This document shows, in pieces, positions 1-8,621 of a stretch of DNA of 25,202 nt. Source of the stretch: a virus. Lineage: Duplodnaviria; Caudoviricetes. The stretch's first letter is position 1. Each line of letters begins with the position of its first letter. Made by a program: the position numbers and the translations under genes. A model generated the notes under the pieces. It searched no databases and was not told the origin of the DNA. It saw only the letters and a list, made by a program, of their open reading frames with translations. The stretch covers positions 1 to 25,202 of the IMG/VR virus record IMGVR_UViG_3300034072_000011; one strand, 5' to 3'.

Positions 1-42
1 ATCTTCCCAAACTACTTTAACTATCGGAAGATTGTGCTTCAT
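1..42 (-). CDS. 5' end of a hypothetical phage protein (MKHNLPIVKVVWED...), running off the left edge
   Basis: Manual translation: ATG at 42-40, open to position 1, overlapping the holin 3' end. The V-x-V-x-W-x-D start resembles small conserved phage proteins. Only 14 codons are visible. Confidence 0.55.
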   Translation of the reverse strand, partial: MKHNLPIVKVVWED

Positions 43-235
43 TCTTCTTATCTTTTATGGCATGGAACCATTTCCAGACAAGCCAGCCGGACTGTAACAC
101 AATGTAGAGCAGGGTAGCAATAGCAACCCATTCGTTCAGAGTCAGACCACCAACGGTCACAGCCGTTGTAATTACTACAGGAGGAGCAGCTTTAGCAGCC
201 TCAACAAGTACGTCTGACTTCTGTTCGGGTGTCAT
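17..235 (-). CDS. Holin, T7 gp17.5-like
   Basis: 72 aa. KAAPPV...GLTLNEWVAIATLLYIVLQSG parallels T7 gp17.5 (KAAP...GLSLNEW...YTVVQIG). Hydrophobic helix, charged C-terminus, located after the tail genes, ATGA overlap with the upstream gene. Confidence 0.85.
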   Translation of the reverse strand: MTPEQKSDVLVEAAKAAPPVVITTAVTVGGLTLNEWVAIATLLYIVLQSGWLVWKWFHAIKDKKNEAQSSDS

Positions 236-540
236 AGCTGAGAGGTCGTTAAGTTAATAACTTGGCTAGTTGTCAATTCTGCCAAAACTGGCAATTCTGG
301 CAAAGTTTCCGGCATAGTCTGCCAAGCACTCTCTACCCAAGTCCTGCCCTCGTGCTGCCAGTTCCACTGATAACCTGCCCTGTCTTGTGGCTTAGGGTCT
401 CTGATGATCCATTCCCAGTTTAGCCATACAAGATTCTTACCTTCAGGGATTTCTGTCGGTGGTGGTGGAACCTCTTGCCAGCCTTCAGTCCCGTCTGGCT
501 CGGTAGTTGGTACGCTTCCGTATTTAGTCCAATATTGCAT
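232..540 (-). CDS. Trp/Pro-rich tail-fibre-associated (assembly/chaperone-like) protein
   Basis: Follows the lectin gene; PKP...YQWNW...TW motifs. ATG at 540 has GAGG 6 nt upstream and is preferred to the GTG at 552 in the ORF track. Confidence 0.55.
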   Translation of the reverse strand: MQYWTKYGSVPTTEPDGTEGWQEVPPPPTEIPEGKNLVWLNWEWIIRDPKPQDRAGYQWNWQHEGRTWVESAWQTMPETLPELPVLAELTTSQVINLTTSQL

Positions 541-548
541 GGTTAGCC

Positions 549-2681
549 TCACAGTGTTGGGAAGGCTGATGTCGGTACAGTTGTAACCGTTCTAGCGTAT
601 CCGTTTGTGATGCGGACATCTTGTATGTAGCCACTATACAAATCACCGCCTGTCCGGTTTGCGCCTATGTACATGGAACTTGTCTGCGTAAAGTCAGTGC
701 TAACCGTTCCGGTTCCATCGTTAACACCACCAATGTAAATCTTGGTTTGATTAGTGCTTGTGCCTTCTCTGACTACAGCAATGTAAGTCCACGCATTTTG
801 CGAGATGGTTCCTGTGGAGGTAATCGTGCTTGTCCCATAAGTAAACACAACTTGATTGCTAGTATTCAAAGAAACAAGCCAGCCCGTGGTTGATGTTCCT
901 TTGGCAACCAGACCTCTAGCCGATCCCAAAGCGGCAAGCCTAATCCACATTTCAATTGTGAACGGAGCAGTGCCAAATCTTTGAATAGGTTGGTCTGCCT
1001 GTATCCAAAGATAGTCAGTCCCAGTTCCGTCAAAATAGATACTGCTACCACCAAATTTAGACTGAGTAGTGCTAATCCGTACACCGTTAACCGTGTTATC
1101 TAGCGTCTCCAAGTCATTCTTACTTGTAGCATCGTAGATACCAGCGTTGGTGAAGTTGAGTAGTAGGGATGTGGCAGAAGATGCAAAACTGGTGTTGACG
1201 TTGGTTGTGCTTGGGTAGGATGCTGCTGATGTTGAGCCAGCGTTGGTTATAGGCAGCAATGAAGGAGGTGTAAATGCTCCAGTGTAGACAGCAGTTCCTT
1301 TGACAAGACGCAAGTTTGATATATAACCATTCCAATAACGCCCAGCGAATAACTCAGGTGTATGTCCAACATAAAAAGATGTGGTAGCGTTAAGGTTTGT
1401 GGTTAATGTTGCTGTTGAGTCAGAAACACCGTTTATATACAAAGTAAGAGTTGAACCGCTACGAACAAAAGCAATGTGAGTCCAAGTGTTTATTAAAATT
1501 GCTGCGGAACTGGTTATTGTAAATGCGCCACTAGCACCGTCATACCAACCTATTTTTGTCCCTCCAACATCTGCAAGAATCTGAAATGTGTTTGTTGTTG
1601 CTGATATATAATCCCCGCAGGCAGTCATATAACTGGTATTTGCGTTTTTCCAAAGCCACATCTCTACCGTAAAATCTCCGGCTCCTAAATGAAGTGCCGT
1701 TTGATTGCCAGCATTAAGATAATCCCCACTACCATCAAAATATCCTGACCCACCATAAGTCGCAGCAGACCACGATGCAGTGGGGTTGAATGGAGAGAAG
1801 GCTTGTACGGAGGGAGTCCCCGTAACAGTCATATTTGTAAATGCAGCAGTGCTGTCTGTGTACTGGAATCTGTTGTTGTAAAGACCTAAGAAAATAGTAT
1901 TTGAATCTGCGGTTAATGCAGAGGTCGGTGTACTTGAGATTGTCCTGTTTGTATTACTTAATCTTAAGTTTGAGATATAACCGTTAGCAAAATTTGTGTT
2001 GCTACGATCAGCACCAATCTTCATGTTGTCTGTTTGACTAAATGTAGTCGCAGACGTTCCTGTGGCATCTGATACTGCATTGACATACAGCGTGGTTTGG
2101 TTTGATCCTGTTCCAGCACGAACAACTGCAACGTAATACCATGTATTAGCTGCTAATGATGTTGCTCCAGTAATACTTGTGCTTGTGTCTGTAAAGACTA
2201 ATTTGTCTGCCGAACTAATCTGGAAAACCCAACCTGTTGGTGTAGACGCTCCTTTGCTAGCAATTGTTTGTGTTGCTCCGCTTGCAGCACGATAAACAAA
2301 TGCTTCAATCGTGAAATTTGAACTACCAAAACGTAGGTTTGAAGTGTCTGTAACGGTTAAGTACGTTGTACTTGTGTTGAAAGAACCGCTCCACCCAGTC
2401 TGACTAAAAGGTGAGAACGTACCTTGTGTGGTGTTGCCGTTGCGGGTGATGGTGAAGTTATTAGTAGACGCATCTAAGAAGGTATTATTCTGTGCGCCGT
2501 TGGTTCCGTTGCCTGGAAGCAGCAGGGTGGTGTATTCAAAGTAAGGGTCGGCATAAGTAGGGACGGGCCAAATACCTTGCTTTTGAGCTAAAAAAGCCTC
2601 TTTAAGAGACCACACGCCTCTAGCTATAGAGGTAGTCGGAATGTTTGCGGGGCCGATAACCCCGCCGTTACCTACTGGCAT
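549..2681 (-). CDS. Receptor-binding protein with three LamG/concanavalin-A-like domains
   Basis: Three units of S-x-[YS]-F-[DN]...YL...FT[IV]E-x-[WF]...W-x-[HY]-[IV]A-x-VR...[LI]Y[VI]...[IV]G...GYI-x-[ND][LV]R. SD-like AAGGGG before the ATG. Confidence 0.88.
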   Translation of the reverse strand: MPVGNGGVIGPANIPTTSIARGVWSLKEAFLAQKQGIWPVPTYADPYFEYTTLLLPGNGTNGAQNNTFLDASTNNFTITRNGNTTQGTFSPFSQTGWSGSFNTSTTYLTVTDTSNLRFGSSNFTIEAFVYRAASGATQTIASKGASTPTGWVFQISSADKLVFTDTSTSITGATSLAANTWYYVAVVRAGTGSNQTTLYVNAVSDATGTSATTFSQTDNMKIGADRSNTNFANGYISNLRLSNTNRTISSTPTSALTADSNTIFLGLYNNRFQYTDSTAAFTNMTVTGTPSVQAFSPFNPTASWSAATYGGSGYFDGSGDYLNAGNQTALHLGAGDFTVEMWLWKNANTSYMTACGDYISATTNTFQILADVGGTKIGWYDGASGAFTITSSAAILINTWTHIAFVRSGSTLTLYINGVSDSTATLTTNLNATTSFYVGHTPELFAGRYWNGYISNLRLVKGTAVYTGAFTPPSLLPITNAGSTSAASYPSTTNVNTSFASSATSLLLNFTNAGIYDATSKNDLETLDNTVNGVRISTTQSKFGGSSIYFDGTGTDYLWIQADQPIQRFGTAPFTIEMWIRLAALGSARGLVAKGTSTTGWLVSLNTSNQVVFTYGTSTITSTGTISQNAWTYIAVVREGTSTNQTKIYIGGVNDGTGTVSTDFTQTSSMYIGANRTGGDLYSGYIQDVRITNGYARTVTTVPTSAFPTL

Positions 2682-2690
2682 AGCAACCCC

Positions 2691-3077
2691 TTAAGCGTTC
2701 ATTTCTTCCCAAGAACAGGTAACAACTAAATCATTAGCTGCCCCTGCCGTTGCGCCTATTGACTTATCTTCTAACAGATAAAACGATGTGGACTTATCCG
2801 TCACAACTAACGTCGCGTCCGCAGGAACTGATATGGTAGATGCTATCTGCGTCCCTGTGCCACCTAGATCGTCTTGGCTAAAAAGTTTGATTGTGATGTC
2901 AGCGGCAGCAGAACCGTCTACGTTTGCCACCACTATCGAGTTGATCTTAAAAACTTTGCCTGACGAAGCAGGGTTGTTGATAAGCGCGGTAGCAAAAGGA
3001 TCTGCCGTCGATGATATGAGATACGACGAGGTATTCCCGTAGATCGCCGCGACGTTGACTAAATTAGGATTTGCCAC
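2691..3077 (-). CDS. Small beta-rich virion protein, probable fibre-tip adaptor
   Basis: 128 aa, GTG start with AAGGAG SD. MANPNLVNV...KINSIVVANVDG...ISVPADATL pattern; lies between the fibre and lectin genes. Confidence 0.7.
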   Translation of the reverse strand: MANPNLVNVAAIYGNTSSYLISSTADPFATALINNPASSGKVFKINSIVVANVDGSAAADITIKLFSQDDLGGTGTQIASTISVPADATLVVTDKSTSFYLLEDKSIGATAGAANDLVVTCSWEEMNA

Positions 3078-3087
3078 GAGAAACTCC

Positions 3088-6000
3088 TTAGTACCCGAAG
3101 ATAAGCGACATAGCTATTGCCTTGCCAGTTGTAATGCCAGAACCACCTGTGTTTGTGACCCATGAAAGCGTACCAGAACCGTTTGTTTGTAGGATCTGTC
3201 CGTTAGTACCATCAGCACTCGGAAGTGTCCACGTTACGTTTGCAGAAACCGTCCCTGGAGCCTTGAAAGCTACATAGTTTGATGAATCCGTGTCCGCAAA
3301 CCGTAAGGCTCCTGTAGCCCCGATCTGGACGTTTGTGCCATCCCAAGTAAGGTTTGCAGAACCACCAAACGAACTTGAGTTGTTGAACTGAATTTGAGTA
3401 TTAGAACCACCAGGGCTTGCAGAGACCGTACCCCACTCCAAAGCAGTAGCACCAGCGTTGACACGAAGAACTTGTAGTGCCGTTCCGATGGTCGTTAGAC
3501 CTGTACCGCCGTTTGTTGTTCCTAGCGTCCCTGTGATGCCCGTGGACAACGAGACGTTCGTGATCGTGTTACTAGAACCGTTGATAGTCTTGTTGGTAAG
3601 TGCCTCTGAGCCTGCAAGCGTTGCTAACGTTCCTGTGGTCGGAACCGTAACGTTTGTCGCCCCTGTGCTTGTGATCGTGACGCTGTTAGCACCCGACGTT
3701 GCAAGCGTAGAACCGTTAGCAAGCGTCAACGTTCCTGTGGTCGTCGAGACTGTAAGACCGTTGAACTTGCCTGCTGTGATGTCGCCCGTCGTGTCTGCAA
3801 TCGTGACAGCAGAGTTTTGGACAAGTTTTCCGGTTGTCCCGTCGAACCTTGCAACTGCGTTATCTGTGGCTGATGCTGGCCCTACAACGTCACCAGCACC
3901 TGATACCGTAGCCCAAGTGAATACAGAGCCATCCCACTTGAGATAAGTGTCTGCCGTGGTTGGAGCAGTTGCAAAGGTTGTTGCGCCTGATCCCGATTGG
4001 TAAGCAACACGGTTAGCAGCACCCCCTGCTAAATTGGTCGCTGTCGTTGCAGAAGTCGCAGAAGTCGCGCTCGTGGCAGAAGTCGCCGTTGCAGCGTTAC
4101 CAGAGATCGAAATACCCCAGGTTCCTGTTGCACCAGTTCCCGATACCGGAACATAATCTGTTCCCGCTGTAGCGTTACTAAAGCCACCAGAACCGCTACC
4201 TTTTAGGATTGAAGTCCCAGAGGTCGCGGGAGCATAGTCCGTACCAGAGGACGCTGTAGAGAACCCACCCGATCCGTTGCCCTTAAGAATCCCGCTTCCT
4301 GAAGTCGCAGGTGCGTAGTCTGTTCCTGAGACAGCAGCAGCAATCACACCCGATGAGGCTTTTAACAGACCCGTCGTTGTTGCTGCCTTGATTAACTTAC
4401 CCGTCGTGCTATCAAAAAGTGCTATCTGGTTGTTGGTCGCACCTACAGGCCCGTAGACATCACCTGTTCCAGATGCCGTACCCCAGAAGAGATTCCCCGC
4501 TCCGTCTGTATTGAGCGTCTGACCGTTTGTTCCATAAGAGGTCGGGAACACATAAGTTTGGGTTGAAGTTGACGCAGCGTTAGAGGGCTGAATCCGAAGC
4601 GTTTTCGTTCCCGATCCCGCGTCGTTCGACTGAAGCTCAAGGTAACCAGAAGTCCCTGCGCCTGTGTTGGCCGTAACCTGCATGTAGCCAACAAAAGAAC
4701 CCTGTCCAGTGTCTGTAATGCTTGCAGACGAACTCTGGATGATCTTGCCCGTCGTTCCGTCAAACCTAACAATTCTGTTATCTGTTGAACTTGCTGGCCC
4801 CGTTACATCACCGCTAGACCCACTTGCAAACTCTAACCCCGTAGCACCAGCATTAACCCTTAAGACCTGCAGAGCAGAACCTAAAGCCGTTAGGCCCGTA
4901 CCACCATTAGAGACAGGAAGCGTTCCTGTGACACCTGACGAGAGAGGTAACCCAGTCGCGTTTGTGAGCGTTGCAGAAGAAGGTGTGCCTAGCGCACCGT
5001 TCCTCGTCACAATAGCTCCTGTGGAGCCCGTATTGACCGCTAGGGCCGTTGCTACGCCCGTTCCTAAGCCAGACACACCTGTCGAGATCGGAAGGCCTGT
5101 AGCGTTCGTAAGCGTCCCCGAAGATGGTGTACCTAGCGCACCACCGTTTGTGACAATCGCGCCTGACGAGCCTACGTTGACTGCTAAAGCAGTAGCGACG
5201 TTTGTGCCTAACCCAGAAACTCCAGTGGAGATCGGTAGTCCCGTGGCGTTTGTGAGTGTTCCCGACGAAGGTGTTCCTAATGCACCACCAGGAGCGACAT
5301 AATCCGTTCCTGCTGTCGCAGAAGTCACAACACCGGAGGAAGCCTTCAAAACACCCGTAACCGATGATCCGGTGAGGATCTTTCCTGTAACCCCGTTGTA
5401 GATCGCTAACTGACCGTTAGTTGCGCTTGCTGGGCCTGTAACGTCTCCACCTGTGGCTAGTGTCGCAAACTCTAAAGCCGTTCCTGCCGAGTTAACCCTT
5501 AAGACATCCAACGCAGCACCAAGACTGGTTAGCCCTGTACCGCCAGAAGTAACAGGAATCGCTGTTCCTGAGTAGGTAAGGGTGATGTTTCCAGACGAAG
5601 TAACGGGAGAACCCGCTGTCAAGAAAGCAGGTGGTGTAATCCCAACACTCACCACCGTACCGACACCAGAAACCGTACTCCACTTGACCCCGCCTGTTTC
5701 GGCAGAGTCAGCAACCAACACTTGTCCGTTTGAGCCTACAGGAACCCTGACGTTATCTGTGCCTGAGTGAGCAACGATGTCACCCTTGGTAGACAAAGGA
5801 GACAAAGCGTTAAAAGCAGCAGTCTTACTTCCTTGTCCTGTGCCTCCGGTCTCAATCGGAATTGTTCCGGTTAACTTAGAAGAAGCTAACGACGTAATCC
5901 AAGCAGGGTTTGCGTATGACCCTGTAGTCACCACACCGTCTGTTGCGGTTGCGGCATTGCCTGTAATCGAGATCCCCCAGGTTCCAGCAGCACCAGAACC

Positions 6001-6714
6001 CGAAGTCGTAACGAATGCGCCTGTAGACCCTACGTTGACACCCAGCGCAGTAGCGACGTTCGTGCCCAAGCCCGTAACGCCCGATAGAGGCATCCCTGTC
6101 GCATTGGTAAGGGTAATGCTCGATGGTGTCCCCATCGCGCCGTTAAAGGTCGTAAAGGCTCCAGAAGAGCCTACGTTAACGGCTAAGGCTGTAGCAACAT
6201 TAGTCCCTAGTCCAGAAACCCCTGTTGAGATCGGGAGCCCTGTCGCGTTCGTTAGTGTCGCGGCAGAAGGAGTGCCAAGGTTCGGGGTTGTCAGCGTTGG
6301 AGATGTCGCCCTGACAACGTTTCCTGTGCCTGTCGCACTCGAAAACGAGAGATTACCTGCGCCGTCCGTCCCTAAGACTGCGTTAGCAGCACCATCTGCG
6401 TCTGGCAGCGTAAACGTAACGTTGCTTGCCATCGCTGAGGCTGCACGAAGCTCGATGTAATTAGACCCATTGTCTGAGTCCTCACCAATTCTTACTCTTC
6501 CTGCATTTGCAGCTACACCTTGAACCGCTAAAACATCCGAGACCGTGAAGGTGTCGCCATCGAGTCCAGCTTGTTGATTCTTAAGCTGACTCATCAACTC
6601 CCGAATAGCGTTGTTGATGTTACTCGGCGCACAACCCTCGGCAATGTCAATACCGTCTATGTCGGTGTTATTGCCTGGAGTTGAAGAAAACTCAGAGATC
6701 TTTGTCTTTGCCAT
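3088..6714 (-). CDS. Long repetitive tail fibre protein
   Basis: 1208 aa, Gly/Ser/Thr/Ala-rich. N-terminal anchor-like segment (IDIAEGCAPSNINNAIRELM), several internal repeat families, C-terminus GKAIAMSLIFGY. GGAG SD. Confidence 0.9.
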   Translation of the reverse strand: MAKTKISEFSSTPGNNTDIDGIDIAEGCAPSNINNAIRELMSQLKNQQAGLDGDTFTVSDVLAVQGVAANAGRVRIGEDSDNGSNYIELRAASAMASNVTFTLPDADGAANAVLGTDGAGNLSFSSATGTGNVVRATSPTLTTPNLGTPSAATLTNATGLPISTGVSGLGTNVATALAVNVGSSGAFTTFNGAMGTPSSITLTNATGMPLSGVTGLGTNVATALGVNVGSTGAFVTTSGSGAAGTWGISITGNAATATDGVVTTGSYANPAWITSLASSKLTGTIPIETGGTGQGSKTAAFNALSPLSTKGDIVAHSGTDNVRVPVGSNGQVLVADSAETGGVKWSTVSGVGTVVSVGITPPAFLTAGSPVTSSGNITLTYSGTAIPVTSGGTGLTSLGAALDVLRVNSAGTALEFATLATGGDVTGPASATNGQLAIYNGVTGKILTGSSVTGVLKASSGVVTSATAGTDYVAPGGALGTPSSGTLTNATGLPISTGVSGLGTNVATALAVNVGSSGAIVTNGGALGTPSSGTLTNATGLPISTGVSGLGTGVATALAVNTGSTGAIVTRNGALGTPSSATLTNATGLPLSSGVTGTLPVSNGGTGLTALGSALQVLRVNAGATGLEFASGSSGDVTGPASSTDNRIVRFDGTTGKIIQSSSASITDTGQGSFVGYMQVTANTGAGTSGYLELQSNDAGSGTKTLRIQPSNAASTSTQTYVFPTSYGTNGQTLNTDGAGNLFWGTASGTGDVYGPVGATNNQIALFDSTTGKLIKAATTTGLLKASSGVIAAAVSGTDYAPATSGSGILKGNGSGGFSTASSGTDYAPATSGTSILKGSGSGGFSNATAGTDYVPVSGTGATGTWGISISGNAATATSATSATSATSATTATNLAGGAANRVAYQSGSGATTFATAPTTADTYLKWDGSVFTWATVSGAGDVVGPASATDNAVARFDGTTGKLVQNSAVTIADTTGDITAGKFNGLTVSTTTGTLTLANGSTLATSGANSVTITSTGATNVTVPTTGTLATLAGSEALTNKTINGSSNTITNVSLSTGITGTLGTTNGGTGLTTIGTALQVLRVNAGATALEWGTVSASPGGSNTQIQFNNSSSFGGSANLTWDGTNVQIGATGALRFADTDSSNYVAFKAPGTVSANVTWTLPSADGTNGQILQTNGSGTLSWVTNTGGSGITTGKAIAMSLIFGY
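4049..4084. repeat. Imperfect 9-bp tandem repeat (GCAGAAGTC x3 plus one variant) encoding (TSA)n in the fibre
   Basis: gcagaagtc gcagaagtc gcgctcgtg gcagaagtc read directly. Confidence 0.85.
4915..5286. repeat. 144-nt (48-aa) period coding repeats GALGTPSSxTLTNATGLP... in the fibre; two further copies at about 6010-6285
   Basis: Protein repeats are visible in the translation. Copies at 5203-5286 and 5059-5142 are 144 nt apart. Outer boundaries are approximate. Confidence 0.9.
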
Positions 6715-6716
6715 GT

Positions 6717-8621
6717 TTACTCCGCTTGCATCCCAGAAATCAACGGTGCAAAGCCTAGATCCTCAGCTTTCTTCCGTAATGCCTTAGAAACAGGCTCTAC
6801 CGTCATTTTAGATGCTTTCTGCATCATTAGCGAAGCTAATTTCGGGTCTAGCATTGCCTCGACTAAGAGTTGGTTAACTTTTTCATCAGGGATTTTGTAT
6901 AAAAAGTTTAGTGGCGATGCTAGAGATTTGACCGTAGCCGTATCTGCAAGCACATCAGAAAACATAGAACCAATCAGATTTGCAGTCGAGAAGTTCCTAA
7001 ACGTATCAGACCCAGGCCTTTGAGCAACCGCAGACGTTAATGATGCTGTTCTATCCAAGTCTTTGATGAGATTGTCGAGCATAGTCGCTTGACTCTCGTT
7101 AAGCGTCCTATTGATTTCTTGCGCTCTGTTTACAAGCTGACTGCGTAACTTAGCCTGACTAAAGATCGGAACGGCTGACGGGCCACTTGTTGTGTCTGGC
7201 GCAGCTTGAACCGCTTTAGTCCGAATATCCTGCAAGAGTTCAGCCTGACTAATAGGCTTAGATTGACCGCTATATTCAGCTATATATGATTTGAATCCTG
7301 GCGCACTTCGTTCAATCACATCGTCAAGAACACGCCTGATCTGGGACAACTCTCCAGCAGCAAGCCTTAGTCTAAAGTCCTCTTTATCAAACTTACCTTC
7401 AATGGCTGAGTTAATGTCCTTGCGGATACCATAAGCTCTTTGAGGTGTTAACTGGACTTCTTCTACGTCTTTAATAAGACCCTGCACAAACTTCATAGCG
7501 TCGCGTACAGGTTTTGAACCCCCAGTATCACCACGAGTCACTGAGGCTATCGCGCTGCGTACAGGGTTGAGCGCATCATAAGACATAGGGCCAAACTCTT
7601 TTTGCGCTAGGAAGGCTTCCTCACGCATCGGCCTAGTGGTTACATCTCTGCGTGTTTTTAACGCTTCGATAAAGTCTATATCCTCTCCAGCCTCACGAGC
7701 GAAGGCCTGCGATCTAGCAAGGTTTTGCTGCGCCACTCGCTGACCCAACAGGTTTTGCATATCAAGGATCTTGGCTACAGGAGTTTGCAAGCCTAACAAC
7801 CCTGGGTCTCTTGCGGCCTCGGCCATAGTCGGCATAGAACCAGGGATGTACTCAGGTGCGGCCTGCATCCTTGCCGCTGCCGTTTCTGGAATCGTCGCAA
7901 ACTTATTTAAGACGTTCCCGACAATAACTTGCCTTCCTTGCTCGGTAAAAGGCTGAACCGCGGCCTTTACTACCTGTGTGCCTGCTCTTGCCGCAGCAGG
8001 AGCACCAGAAGGAGCCATAGAGCCAACAATACCTAATCCAGCCTGAGCGATAGGAGGAAGCCCTTCTTCTCTTGCTATCCCAGACGCTCCAGCTCCTGTC
8101 AGCGCAGCTATGCCTTGTGCTCTTGGGTCTCTTGCTAAAGTTGCTGCAACCTCTCGCGTTACGGGACTTGTAGCTACCTTTTGCAGGCCTTTTGCCGCTT
8201 GCACTGCGCCGCCTGTACCGACAAGGGCAGACGCAATATCTTGAGAAACACGCTCTTGCGACGTTTGTGGTTGCGGGAGGATCCTATTTAGAAGATCTTG
8301 CACGGTTTGGCTAGGAGGTGCAGCGACTTGCCTGCCTGCAACCATGTTAACGAGACCCGTTAAGGGGTCAGCAAGCATCGTAGGCAGTGCTGTTAATCCA
8401 GTTACAGCAGCACGAGCAGTTAATCCTAGTTGTCTAGCTATACCACCAGGAGAAACCTCTGGCTTTGTTTCTGCCTTAGCAAGCATCTCATCGATAGGTT
8501 TCCTTACTGCCTGCACATTTCCAATAGAAATAATAGTACGCAAGCCCTCATCAGACACCTTGGATAGATCGCCTGCCGCAAGGGCTTGCAGGTCTTTGTC
8601 TGATAGTTTGCTCAAGTCCAT
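6717..8621 (-). CDS. Internal virion/DNA ejection protein (P22 gp16 position)
   Basis: 634 aa, helical composition with Gly/Ala hydrophobic stretches; third of three such genes before the fibre. Assigned by synteny. Confidence 0.65.
   Translation of the reverse strand: MDLSKLSDKDLQALAAGDLSKVSDEGLRTIISIGNVQAVRKPIDEMLAKAETKPEVSPGGIARQLGLTARAAVTGLTALPTMLADPLTGLVNMVAGRQVAAPPSQTVQDLLNRILPQPQTSQERVSQDIASALVGTGGAVQAAKGLQKVATSPVTREVAATLARDPRAQGIAALTGAGASGIAREEGLPPIAQAGLGIVGSMAPSGAPAAARAGTQVVKAAVQPFTEQGRQVIVGNVLNKFATIPETAAARMQAAPEYIPGSMPTMAEAARDPGLLGLQTPVAKILDMQNLLGQRVAQQNLARSQAFAREAGEDIDFIEALKTRRDVTTRPMREEAFLAQKEFGPMSYDALNPVRSAIASVTRGDTGGSKPVRDAMKFVQGLIKDVEEVQLTPQRAYGIRKDINSAIEGKFDKEDFRLRLAAGELSQIRRVLDDVIERSAPGFKSYIAEYSGQSKPISQAELLQDIRTKAVQAAPDTTSGPSAVPIFSQAKLRSQLVNRAQEINRTLNESQATMLDNLIKDLDRTASLTSAVAQRPGSDTFRNFSTANLIGSMFSDVLADTATVKSLASPLNFLYKIPDEKVNQLLVEAMLDPKLASLMMQKASKMTVEPVSKALRKKAEDLGFAPLISGMQAE

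Noticed and set aside
3458-6460. Long plus-strand ORFs (3458-3946, 4709-5302, 5777-6460)
   Set aside because: Antisense shadows of the Gly/Thr/Ala-rich fibre codons; they mirror its repeats and have no independent motifs.
3088-6714. CRISPR array or diversity-generating retroelement behind the fibre repeats
   Set aside because: The repeats are in-frame and differ at synonymous positions. No constant repeat-spacer pattern, no adenine-specific TR/VR pair seen, and no reverse transcriptase in the window.
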